NCBI GenBank assembly: GCA_002269645.1
Contig: NIVC01000074.1
Location: forward strand, 62,001 to 126,000
Direction: 5' to 3'
DNA from: Macrostomum lignano
Taxonomy: Eukaryota
Length of the DNA stretch: 64,000 nt
Shown here: one piece after another, positions 1-11,113 of the stretch
How the letters are laid out: every line of letters starts with the position of its first letter
How positions within the stretch are numbered: position 1 is the stretch's first letter
The notes under the pieces: generated by a model
Told to the model about the DNA's origin: nothing
Database searches by the model: none
Seen by the model: only the letters and a program-made list of their open reading frames with translations
Made by a program: the position numbers and the translations under genes

Positions 1-3000
1 GAGACTCAACCGCCTGTCGTGAAGGAGTCCTGCAAGCTGGACGGTCCCAGCTGCCGCTGGCGCATTGGTCCGTGGTCCAACTGTCGGCTGCCAGCCTCGG
101 CAATCTGCAGCGGCGACCGACGCGGCCACCGACATCGCTCAGTTGAGTGCCGTCTCGGAGCCGATGGACCCGTCCTGCCTGATGCACTCTGCATTCAGCA
201 GCAACGATTAGTCAGGCCGAGAAATCGACGTCGTTGTCGATCTTCGATTGCTGATTTGACTTTAGGTAAAAATAACAACACAGTTGCCTGCGGCAGACCG
301 AGGAAGCGACACGTCGGAGGCCACGTCGGAACAATCAGCGGCTTTGTCATCACATCGTCCGATCTGCGCCCAGCCTGGCGCGTCGGTCCTTGGTCCGCCT
401 GTTCGGCGAGTTGCGGCCGCGGCTACCAAATCCGTCGCCTGACGCCGTGCAACTCGACAGAGGCCAATACGCCGAGTGACTGTCGACAAAGTCGCCGACG
501 CCGCGCGAACGACGACGTTGCTTCCTTGCCTTCTGTCCGCATGCCTGGACGGTGGATCCGTGGAGCAGCTGCTCAACCAGCTGCGGTCGCGGCTGGATCA
601 GCCGGCAAGTCAGCTGTCAGCGCATCAGCCCGGAGGGCTGGCGCGACGGGCCCGCAGTGGACGCTGCCACCGCCTGCGACCAAAAACTACGGCCGGAGTC
701 GCGAATGGCCTGCAACCTTGGCGAATGTCGCGACGCTACGGACAGCCGTCGCAGTGTCGGCGGCTCTCCCTTCTGGGAGGTCGGAGACTACGGCGAGTGT
801 CGCTACGGCAGCGGCGGCTGTGGAGAGGGCGAGCGTCAAAGATCGGTTCGGTGCCGTCAGCAGCCGGGCCACTGGCCTGACGCAATGAGCAGCGTCGAAG
901 CTGGATGCAGACGCGACGAAATGCCGCCAGACAGGGACGCTTGCGCGCCGAGACGGTGCCGCGCTCGCACCTGCGCGGAACTGAAAAGCTCGACTCGGGT
1001 GAAACTGGACGGCCAATACCGGCTGAGCATTGACGGGCGGGATGTTCGGGTAAAATATTCGGTTTTTCATTTGAAATTTTACCGACAAATAGATCAAACC
1101 AATGTAGATAAATGACGCAAGGTAAAGATTTCACCACCGGCTTGCTGGTAAGAAAAAACAAAGTTGAAAAATGGTCCAAAAATTTCCTAAAAAGCTTTAG
1201 AATTCAGTACAGACATTTATTTTGTTAGTGACTAATGTGCTTAGCACAGCTTGTGGGCAGAGCAGCTCAGCGCGTCTGACTCTCGAGCCACGGCCCAGCT
1301 GGTTCTATTCCATACACGGACTCATTCATTTGGGGTTTGTGTGTGCACGAAAATTGCCCAGGTGGGTTGTCGTGCGATTCACAGCCATGAGGGCCAGCCC
1401 TAAAGGCTCAGAAAGTGTACATACCTGACGATTAGAAAGTCAGGGCCGATGTACACCCTGTGTGAGCGTGTGTGTGAGTGCGAGCCTGCGTACAGTATTG
1501 GTGCACTTGCGTGTGCTCAGGAGTCAGCGGAACGGGCAGAATCGCCGTCAGCACTGGTTGTGGGACGATGTCGCCGAAGGCGTTGCGCCACGGTGGCCGC
1601 GCAGACCTCCATCAATCAGGTTCCGCCTCTCCATGCTTCTCGCCGCGGCGCAGGTGTACTGCTTCGGCATGGAGAGTCGAAAACCACGCGAATTCATCAG
1701 CCTGCCAGCAGCCAGCGCCGCCTTCGACCGCTCAGCCGGATTGAACTACGCCGTGATGCACAACATCGGCCTGACCGACCCGGCACCATCGGCGTGTCCA
1801 CCGGCGGCAGCGGTGGCAGGCTTCAGTCGCGCCGTCTGCTCCCAGCCTGGCGCCCTGTGTCGGGTAACGCCAGACCGACCTGGCGCCTTCGTCAGCGGAA
1901 TGGCCGCGTTTAAAAAATACCGGCTGCTACTGTCGCCCAGGCTGGCACTTGATGGTAATCTCTTTACTGTATTAAAGCCTAATCTATTAGCTGTTTGACC
2001 TATTCGAAGCTTAATCCTCATTGACCTATTCGAAGCTTAATCCTCATGACCTATTCGAAGCTTAATCCTCATTGACCTATTCGAAGCTTAATCCTCATTG
2101 ACCTATTCGAAGCTTAATCCTCATTGACCTATTCGAAGCTTAATCCTCATTGACCTATTCGAAGCTTAATCCTCATTGACCTATTCGAAGCTTAATCCTC
2201 ATTGACCTATTCGAAGCTTAATCCTCATTGACCTATTCGAAGCTTAATCCTTCTTGACCTATTCGAAGCTTAATCCTTCTTGACCAATTCGAAGCTTAAT
2301 CCTTCTTGACCAATTCGAAGCTTAATCCTTCTTGACCAATTCGAAGCTTAATCCTTCTTGACCAATTCGAAGCTTAATCCTTCTTGACCTATTCGAAGCT
2401 TAATCCTTCTTGACCAATTCGAGGCTTAATCATCCTCCTTGACCTATTCGAAGCTTAATCATCCTTGACCTATTCGAGCTGAAATTCGATCCATTCTTTG
2501 TCGCAGCAACGGACGGCACATTCGCAATTTCCTGGAAAAGCTTCGTGCCCGCCGGTCGCGCCGGTGACTGCTTCAGCCGCCTGTCCGGCTGCTCGGTTGG
2601 CAGCTTTTCAATCGATCTGACTGGCACCGATTTCGTGCTGGATAGCGAAGCAAATGTCTGGCAGGGAGAAAATACAAGCACGGTGACTGTTAATTATTTG
2701 GTAAGCAGCCTTTTTCGGTTGATATTTTTATTTACTATTTTACTTTGAATACTCCACTCTAGTCCATCGATGTACATTTTCCGGGTTTAGACGACATCGT
2801 CATAGCTAATTTGTAGACAAATCCAATGCATTTTGCTAATCGATCGAGTAAATTTCAGGATGATCAAAGAGTTCACGGAATCTGCGGAGGCTATTGTGGC
2901 TATTGCAAGTTAAGGAACGACAGACTGTTGATAAGTACTGTAAAAGCAGACGCAGCTGGCATCGGAGACTCATCAACTACTTCAGAGTCGAAAAATTCAC

Positions 3001-3005
3001 CATAA
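1..3005 (+). CDS. ADAMTS9/gon-1: 3' part of ADAMTS9/20 (GON-1)-like metalloprotease: TSP1 repeats + C-terminal GON domain; 5'-partial; exons ~1-1049, 1654-1954, 2507-2700, 2859-3005; one apparent 1-nt frameshift at ~481-484
   Basis: TSP1 motifs WRIGPWSNC, WRVGPWSACSASCGRGYQIR, WTVDPWSSCSTSCGRGWISRQVSC, WEVGDYGEC. GON domain pieces RTCAELK..DGQYRLSIDG|VYCFGME..PREFISL, AGDCFS..GSFSIDLTGT and VHGICGGYCGYC, joined by GT-AG introns in matching phase. Stop TAA at 3003-3005 overlaps AATAAA. Confidence 0.9.
1995..2480. repeat. Intronic minisatellite, 26-bp unit TTGACCTATTCGAAGCTTAATCCTCA
   Basis: About 18 tandem copies visible inside intron 1955-2506. Confidence 0.95.
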
Positions 3006-3995
3006 TAAAATTTTAGATGATAAATATAGCCGCATGTTTATAAAAGTAGCTATAGGTTTGTATATTTACCATGCATTGGCATAGTTGTACAATCTCAGAC
3101 TTCTTGTTTTGTCTTATGGAGCCAATCTATATTACTATAATTATTTTTGTTATAATAATGTGCTTAGTTTAACAAAAACCATTTAAATTCAATAACTGTT
3201 ATTTTATAAATTTTGTCTTCAATCATTAGTTTAGTTAGTTTATCAAATTTGAAAATTTTACAATTTCTGGCTTAACAATATTTAAGCGCAAAGTTATTGC
3301 ATAATTAAACCGTCACTGCAAGTATAATTGTCTGGCAACGTATTCAAGTTCTCATAATATATTAACGATACTAAATATGTGTTTTTTGAAATGCTAAAAA
3401 CATTTAATAAATTTTAAAATCACATTTAACTTTCAGAAAATGCATGTCAATAATACTGATTATCTTTATTTGCTTTAAAATATCTTTTTATTTTGAATGC
3501 TTCAAACAAATATTTGCAAATCTGTTTCCTAGGAACGCGGGTATCATTGTGTTCAGCTAAAATCGCTGTAATTAAATTGAAAAAAAGTAGCAACGATCTT
3601 TTCTTCCTTAATTTTTCACGAGAGTGCTAATAGAAATAATGCGCCTAATGATATTCGATACCAGTGGCACTTATAATACTTAATTAGCCTGGATTAGTCT
3701 GGTGTTGTGTACATGTCTGTTCTCAGTTTGGTGCAGTTTCGACAGTGACGACAAGGCGGTCTTTATAAAATAAATGCACACCTGCTGTTGTTACGCACAT
3801 GTAGGACTCTTTTTCAAAATCAGGGGCGTAGCCAAGAGGGGCAGAGTGAGCCGCGCCCCCCCCCCCCAAGCATGTGGACGTCTCATTATCTTAACCAATT
3901 GTGAAAAATAGTGTCTATGTCTCTCAAAGCTACTGAGCGGCAGGGTATACGATGCCACAAACCTCCTACTGTGAGTATTATTTTAACTGCAAGTT

Positions 3996-4210
3996 GGAGG
4001 TTGTAGCCTAGTGGTTAGAGCGTCGGACGATCACGATTCACTTGGAAAAATTTGTTTCCTTGAGCAAGACACTTAACTCTGCATTGCTTCAGTTCATCCA
4101 GCTGTGGCTGGAGGGTAATTAAGAGTGTGTGGCGACCCCCGAGGCCTTAGACGCAGTCTTAAGATGCGGCGCGCAATGGCTGCGGCTGAGCTATCGGTTG
4201 CACATCTGCC
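3996..4210 (+). mobile_element. Probable tRNA-derived SINE (degenerate) with CORE-like central domain
   Basis: A-box-like TAGCCTAGTGG at 4004-4014, followed by TCCTTGAGCAAGACACTTAAC...CATCCAGCTGT, which resembles the conserved central domain of CORE-type SINEs; B box is degenerate. Confidence 0.5.
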
Positions 4211-4411
4211 CACTAGGCCAGTTATATTCAAATATTATTATATATTAATAATAATATTATTAAATATTACGTAAAATCGCTCGGTAATTCATCCGTAAAT
4301 ATTCGTATTCTTAAATAAGATCTATGGCACAGACTGGTTAGGTATTTTATTAAATATATACGAGGTAACCCATCAAGCCATTCAAGGAACGATTTTTTTC
4401 CCGCTAGCACG

Positions 4412-4660
4412 ATGACTTTCATTCTAGTAGCATTCAGCGCTAAAGTATTTTTGACCCTGTGGCTACTGTTTATTGCCCAGAATGTACATCTATACGCGAC
4501 GTCAGGCTCAAATGCTACTTACTTCTTCCCGAGCAACATATCTAAACAGTACGCGCGACTTCATAACAACTTCAGGGAGAGAGCATTGCCAACTGCTAGG
4601 GCGATGAACTTTGTCGTGAGTGACGCATTTTGTTTCTGCCTGCCTGCCTGCCTGCCTGCC

Positions 4661-4714
<54 letters not shown>

Positions 4715-7700
4715 GAGCAACACATCGAATTTCAGACATTGAGCGCCACACTGGAGGCGTTAGCTACGGTCAGGGCTAAAAGGCGCACTGTGAACAAGAA
4801 CTTTAAATCTCTCGGAGAATATAAAGGACTTGATCAAAATGTTTACCTTGGTCCAACAATGGATCCCAAAGAAATAATGAATCAATGGTTCTCAGAGGTT
4901 GACAACTTCGTGGCTAATTTCAGTTTGAGTCCAAGACCAAGATACTGCAGACGGAACTGCTCATGCATGCACTACGCTAACATAATGAGCTCAGAGTTGA
5001 CTCAAATCGGCTGCGGCGTTAGTAGGTGCAAAAACGACACCTTTCTAACGGTGTGTCTCTATTCACACTACTATAACGGGTATGTTGAAAATTTGGCGAG
5101 TGATAACTCATTTTTAAAAATCTACATCCATGTCTAATAATTTTCCCTAAATAAATGTACTGCAGAAACAGATTATCAAACCTGAATTTCAGCCAGGTAA
5201 TCTACAAAACCGGACGGCCCTGTTCGGAGTGCCCGCCTGATAAACCGTTTTGTTTTGACGATCTTTGTGTTAGCAGCGAGTTGGCTCTCTCACCGGAGAC
5301 ATCGAAAACTTACGGCGTGAATATGAAAGAACGATTAGGTAACATTCGTCGGGCTTCATTAATTCTCGTAGCTAACTGTACGCTCCAATGAATTGTATTC
5401 ATATCTGAGTTTCAGAATGCAAATTGACTTGCCAAAACTGCGGTCAGTTGGTGTCAGTGCTGACCGGTCCCAAGCTGAAATGTCAATGCAACTGCCAAGA
5501 CGCCTACGGAACTGGGCACCTGTGCCAAGGTGAGATTTCGATTGGTAGCCATGAAAATATTTGTAGAGAAACTTCAATCCAGCTACTGACAGTCTCCATC
5601 TAGCTACTGAAGTCTCCATCTAGCTACTGACAGTCTCCATCTAGTTACTGACAGTCTCGATCTAGCAACTGACAGTCTCGATCTAGCTACTGACAGTCTC
5701 GATCTAGCTACTGACAGTCTCGATCTAGCTACTGACAGTCTCGATCTAGCTACTGACAGTCTCCATCTAGCTACTGACAGACTCAATCTAGCTACTGACA
5801 GTCTCCATCTAGCTACTGACAGACTCAATCTAGCTACTGACAGTCTCCATCTAGCTACTGACAGTCTCCATCTAGCTACTGACAGTCTCGATCTAGCTAC
5901 TGACAGTCTCCATCTAGCTACTGACAGTCTCGATCTAGCTTCTGACAGTCTCCATCTAGCTACTGACAGTCTCGATCTAGCTACTGACAGTCTCGATCTA
6001 GCTACTGACTGTCTCCATCTAGCTACTGACAGTCTCGATCTAGCTACTGACTGTCTCCATCTAGCTTCTGACAGTCTCCATCTAGCTACTGACAGTCTCC
6101 ATCTAGCTTCTGACAGTCTCAATCTAGCTACTGACAGTCTCCATCTAGCTACTGACAGTCTCTATCTAGCTACTGACAGTCTCCGTCTAGCTTCTGACAG
6201 TCTCAATCTAGCTACTGACAGTCTCCATCTAGCTACTGACAGTCTCCATCTAGCTACTGACAGACTCAATCTAGCTACTGACTGTCTCGATCTAGCTACT
6301 GACAGTCTCCATCTAGCTTCTGACAGTCTCCATCTAGCTTCTGACAGTCTCCATCTAGCTACTGACAGACTCAATCTAGCTACTGACAGTCTCCATCTAG
6401 CTACTGACAGTCTCCATCTAGCTACTGACAGTCTCCATCTAGCTACTGACAGTCTCCATCTAGCTACTGACAGTCTCCATCTAGCTACTGACAGTCTCCA
6501 TCTAGCTACTGACAGTCTCGATCTAGCTACTGACAGTCTCGATCTAGCTACTGACAGTCTCGATCTAGCTACTGACAGTCTCCATCTAGCTTCTGACAGT
6601 CTCCATCTAGCTACTGACAGTCTCCATCTAGCTTCTGACAGTCTCAATCTAGCTACTGACAGTCTCCATCTTGCTACTGACAGTCTCCATCTAGCTACTG
6701 ACCGACTCAATCTAGCTACTGACAGTCTCCATCTAGCTACTGACAGACTCAATCTAGCTACTGACAGTCTCCATCTAGCTACTGACAGACTCAATCTAGC
6801 TACTGACAGTCTCGATCTAGCTACTGACAGACTCAATCTAGCTACTGACAGTCTCGATCTAGCTACTGACAGTCTCCATCTAGCTACTGACAGTCTCTAT
6901 CTAGCTACTGACAGACTCAATCTAGCTACTGACAGTCTCCATTTAGCTACTGACAGTCTCCATCTAGCTACTGACTGTCTCGATCTAGCTACTGACAGTC
7001 TCCATCTAGCTTCTGACAGTCTCCATCTAGCTACTGACAGGTTCGATCTAGCTACTGACAGTCTCCATCTAGCTTCTGACAGTCTCCATCTAGCTACTGA
7101 CAGTCTCCATCTAGCTTCTGACAGTCTCAATCTAGCTACTGACAGTCTCCATCTAGCTACTGACAGTCTCCATCTAGCTACTGACAGTCTCCATCTAGCT
7201 ACTGACAGTCTCCATCTAGCTACTGACAGACTCAATCTAGCTACTGACAGTCTCCATCTAGCTACTGACAGACTCAATCTAGCTACTGACAGCCTCCATC
7301 TAGCTACTGACAGCCTCCATCTAGCTACTGACAGACTCAATCTAGCTACTGACAGTCTCCATCTAGCTACTGACAGTCTCAATCTGAATTTTCACTTTGC
7401 AAATCGCCCACCAGATCGGAATGCCAGATTGCCAAAGCAGAATTGCGAGCCCTGCTCTCCCAGACCGAGTTGTTTAAATGGAGGAAAAGTTGGGCCCAAG
7501 TCGGATTGCACCTGCATCTGTCCCGATGGCTTCTCAGGACAGCGTTGCGAACTCGACGAGAATAGGTGGAATAACAGCATCAGCATGAGCCTTAAAAGTG
7601 TCGAAAATCAGTTCAAGCAAATATCGGCCCCAACAAAAGGCATGGTAATTTTTTTCGTCATAGTTAATTAGTAATTAGTAATTAATAATTATTTGGCTTA

Positions 7701-9006
7701 AAAACTTCATCATATTTCAATTTTTTGGTTTTTATTATCAACGATTACCAATTGCGGAAACATTACGACAAAGGAGCAAAGACTCCAAGGCGTACAGTGT
7801 AGATGCGATGGAGAACGGAGGGATTCTTTATTTGATGTTTTACAGCCACAACGCACAATGTAGGGTGACGCACTGCTGGGTGACAGCACAATGTAGGGTG
7901 ACGCACTGCTGGGTGACAGCACAATGTAGGGTGACGCACTGCTGGGTGACAGCACAATGTAGGGTGACGCACTGCTGGGTGACAGCACAATGTAGGGTGA
8001 CGCACTGCTGGTTGACAGCACAATGTAGGGTGACGCACTGCTGGGTGACAGCACAATGTAGGGTGACGCACTGCTGGGTGACAGCACAATGTAGGGTGAC
8101 GCACTGCTGGTTGACAGCACAATGTAGGGTGACGCACTGCTGGGTGACAGCACAATGTAGTGTGACGCACTGCTGGGTGTCAAAGCTACGCAGTGTCATT
8201 CAGGCCCGCCTTGCCCAGACAACCACAGCCACAGCAGCCGCGGAAGCAGTGCCAGCAGGGCTCGAAGGTTCCATATACGAGCGTTGGAGCGTAGTTCTGT
8301 CTAAACAAAGCTATAAGGCCAGATCAAAACTCGTGTCCAATCAGAATTGTTGAATGGAAAGCCAATCAGAAAACTCGTGTCCAATCAGAATTGTTGAATG
8401 GAAAGCCAATCAGAAAACTCGTGTCCAATCAGAATTGTTGAATGGAAAGCCAATCAGAAAACTCGTGTCCAATCAGAATTGTTGAATGGAAAGCCAATCA
8501 GAAAGCGAGTGGTCTGAAACGTGAGCGCAAAATTGGTAGAGTACAACACAGTTTAGACGCAACGGTCGATAACAAATAACATCCATATGGTTGGAACAAA
8601 GGAGCTTCAAAAACGCCAAATCTATCGTCAAAAATCACTTTACGAAGTCCCAGACATGCTCGACGGGGTTCATCGCTGCATCTGCCTTAATTTTTGTCTT
8701 TACAGTTCCACTCAACAATCTGGCCAATGCTGCAAAGTCAGATTGCCAGCTTCATGACGGCAGAGTGCGAAGTCAATGCGACCCACCTGGCGCTGTGCTG
8801 CTCCCGAGATGCCGCAGATTTCGGCAAGCCGAGAGGAGAGATCAAACCGACTGGAGTGAGACTAAACAGGAGCAGCGTAGAGCGAAACTGTGACGGATCG
8901 CTGCATTTCACTTTTGGTGTAGTCGCTACTGACAGCAGTAGTAGCTTATGCGAATTATCGTTGACTGCTGCCGCTAAGGCTGCCGGAGCAGGTGCATCAT
9001 CGGGAA
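4412..9006 (+). CDS. CAP-A: secreted CAP/SCP (venom allergen-like) protein + Cys hinge + 2 EGF-like + conserved unknown domain; exons 4412-4615, 4736-5079, 5193-5338, 5416-5529, 7415-7644, 8706-9006; terminal exon not resolved
   Basis: Hydrophobic N-terminus; HNNFRE..PTARAMNFV; QWFSE; HYANIMSSELTQIGCGVSRC..FLTVCLY; YKTGRPCSECP..C..DLC; EGF-like CQCNCQDAYGTGHLC and CLNGG..CTCICPDGFSGQRCE. All junctions GT-AG with phases 0,2,1,1,0,1. Confidence 0.85.
4635..4713. repeat. (CTGC)n/(CTGT)n microsatellite in CAP-A intron 1
   Basis: Directly visible. Confidence 0.95.
5576..7385. repeat. Intronic minisatellite, 21-bp unit CTAGCTACTGACAGTCTCCAT
   Basis: About 1.8 kb tandem array in CAP-A intron 4; source of the spurious RLSVARW ORFs. 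Confidence 0.97.
7850..8180. repeat. Intronic minisatellite, 33-bp unit CACAATGTAGGGTGACGCACTGCTGGGTGACAG
   Basis: About 10 tandem copies in CAP-A intron 5. Confidence 0.95.
8327..8504. repeat. 44-bp tandem repeat (4 copies), each with two CCAATCAG motifs
   Basis: AAACTCGTGTCCAATCAGAATTGTTGAATGGAAAGCCAATCAGA, period 44. Confidence 0.9.
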
Positions 9007-9067
9007 GTGAGTTGTAATTTTTTTAAATTTGAAATTTTTGAAAATTTTGAAAGAAAATGATTTTAGT

Positions 9068-9270
9068 ATGAAGTGTCGGAGATAGAAGTGTCGGAGATAT
9101 GAAGAGTCGGAGATATGAAGTGTCGGAGATATGAAATGTCGGAGATATGAATTGTCGGAGATATGAAGTGTCGGAGATATGAAGTGTCGGAGATATGAAG
9201 TGTCGGAGATTTGAAGTGTCGGAGATGTGAAGTGTCGGATATATGAAGTGTCGGAGATATGAAGTGTCAG
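9068..9270. repeat. 16-bp minisatellite GAAGTGTCGGAGATAT
   Basis: About 12 copies starting ~60 bp after the CAP-A exon 6 donor. Confidence 0.95.
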
Positions 9271-9534
9271 AGACCCAAGTGAAAACCGTTCTTTTGCTTT
9301 AGCTGTGTTGCTAGAGACAAACTTTATTTTTGCAACAACACTGTCTGGAAGCATTGATCAAAATGTCACTTCACGTTAATGTCCTCTGATTAATGACCAG
9401 TCATTGACTGTAAGACAAACGGCAATTTTAATTTAAAGGGCAAACCAGACAAACGAAGCAACAATTTATTTTAAACTAATTATGGTAAAGTCCTATGAAG
9501 TCATATTAAGCTTCATGTCATCAGCTGTCTTATT

Positions 9535-10560
9535 TATCAAACGAATTTGCATTCGGAGAAGGTGCAGTTGTTAAAGCTAAACTTCGCCGTCGCCAGATTT
9601 TCCTGATTAACGCCGGTGATTTGCGTGTTTGACACCACATTGACATTCAGCTCACTGGCCCCAGAATCGCTTGGTCCTACGTGTCCAGCCTGGTCACATT
9701 TAACTTCTTCTTCTTTAGTTTGCAGTGCCAATGCCGACGTCACAGCATAGCTGCTCGCTTGCAGAGATCGGTCCCAACGTTTTGTAAGTTGACACCGCGA
9801 TTCTGCTTCGTTGAATATGTGGGACTTCCGTTCGCAGAGTTTGCCAGTGGCTGTGGAAATAAATGGTTATCCTTGGTTTCAACTGGTAGAAGGTCTAGAT
9901 ACCGTCGTACCTTTTCAGTATCGTAAATCCTTGCCTGCTTGTTGTCGGGTTTTGCTTTACTTCTCACTGGATCCGCGGACTTATTCTTAGACGGAAGAGA
10001 CATCTCGTCGTGTCAGATGCTGCAGGTGCTCTTGGCCTCTTTCGCCCAAGCAATAAAGGACATAAAACAGAAATTTGTCCTGCTCTGCCACTGCCGTACC
10101 TCCCTCAAAGTAGCATGCGAGCTTTTGCATATCACCAGTCTCCAATCTCGATGTTTATGGCCTCCAATTTCGGCCATAGACAACTGCTTCACCAATGTTA
10201 TCTGCGGTACTGGCCATAGACATGAAGTGTACGCATCGATATTTTATTTCCCGCCTTTTCACCCATAGACAATTCAATCAATGCAGCTATACTATGAAGC
10301 ACGAATTCAAGTTAATGACCAAGGGCACGAGTGCGCGTAGTCATACGTTATATTAACCTACCATTAACTAAAAACTCATGCTTTTTACAGCAACGGCAAA
10401 GTACATTCCGCTCTCCTACCTGCTCCCCGCGGTGAAGAAGCGACATAGAGGACTCAATGGTCAGTTGCTTTCCCATAAGCGAGGCGTTGTCATTCAGAGC
10501 ATTGATCCAGCCAAAGAGCCTGACGTGCACGATTTCAATAGGAACAGCTCGAAGACTGCA
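9535..10560 (-). mobile_element. Degenerate Crypton-like (DUF3504 / tyrosine-recombinase-type) transposon remnant
   Basis: Frameshifted minus-strand fragments PLCRFF, GGHKHRDWRL, RRYLDLLPVETKDNHLFPQPL..YSTKQNRGVNLQNVGTDLCKRA and QAGH resemble, in the correct order, DUF3504-family motifs recalled from memory (F..R..G..Y; GLRG..EHR; YL..LP..FY.RP..WYS..P.G.N.L..M..LC..AG; GH). Confidence 0.5.
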
Positions 10561-11113
10561 GGAGACACTGGCGGGCAGTGCTTGAAGCCGGTGCAAAGTC
10601 GCAGTCAGGCATTGACAGCACCTGGCACTGTCATCGCGTGTACACTTGCATGCACCCTCTCTGCATCATTTTTTCTAAATTTTGTTCGCATCTTTTTTTA
10701 GTGCATCAGAAGACTATGTAGGCGGCTCTACTACGTAGTGAGAAACTTTTGCATGTGCGCAAAGCAGAATTGAGTAAAAATTTCTCGGCAAAATATACGA
10801 GCGTGCATCTACGCCACTAAACGCTGTTATGAAATACAGTTCCTGGCCTACTGAACTGATATAGTTAGGGCAATTTATTATTTGGGGATTGTGTGCACAA
10901 ACATGGGCCTAGGGGAGGGCCTAGGGGAGGACTTTAAATTAGTCAGAATTAGTCAGTCAGAAATTAGTCAGCTCGTAAGTTTCATCAATTCTAGGAAAGC
11001 CGTAAAATTTGACAATTCTTCTCATTTTAACACAAGCAGCAATAGAAAGTGTATTAAATTGTACGCTGTTTATTCTGTTTCAGTAGGAAATAAAATTCGA
11101 CATCAGAGTCGCA

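Noticed and set aside
3830-3870. CAGGGGCGTAGCCA...poly-C motif resembling a MITE end
   Set aside because: No matching second terminus or TSD found nearby
4004-4045. tRNA gene
   Set aside because: Only an A-box-like segment; no intact B box or cloverleaf, and it continues into SINE-like core sequence
4616-4735. Reading the 4412-5137 ORF as a single exon
   Set aside because: Contains an in-frame, stop-free microsatellite intron at the same position and phase as intron 1 of both paralogs
5604-7382. Long minus-strand ORFs (RLSVARW repeats)
   Set aside because: Translations of the 21-bp intronic minisatellite; stop-free only because the unit length is a multiple of 3
7710-8199. Cys/His-rich repeat ORFs on both strands
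   Set aside because: 33-bp intronic minisatellite. The FHxxxW exon at 8706 joins exon 5 in phase without them.
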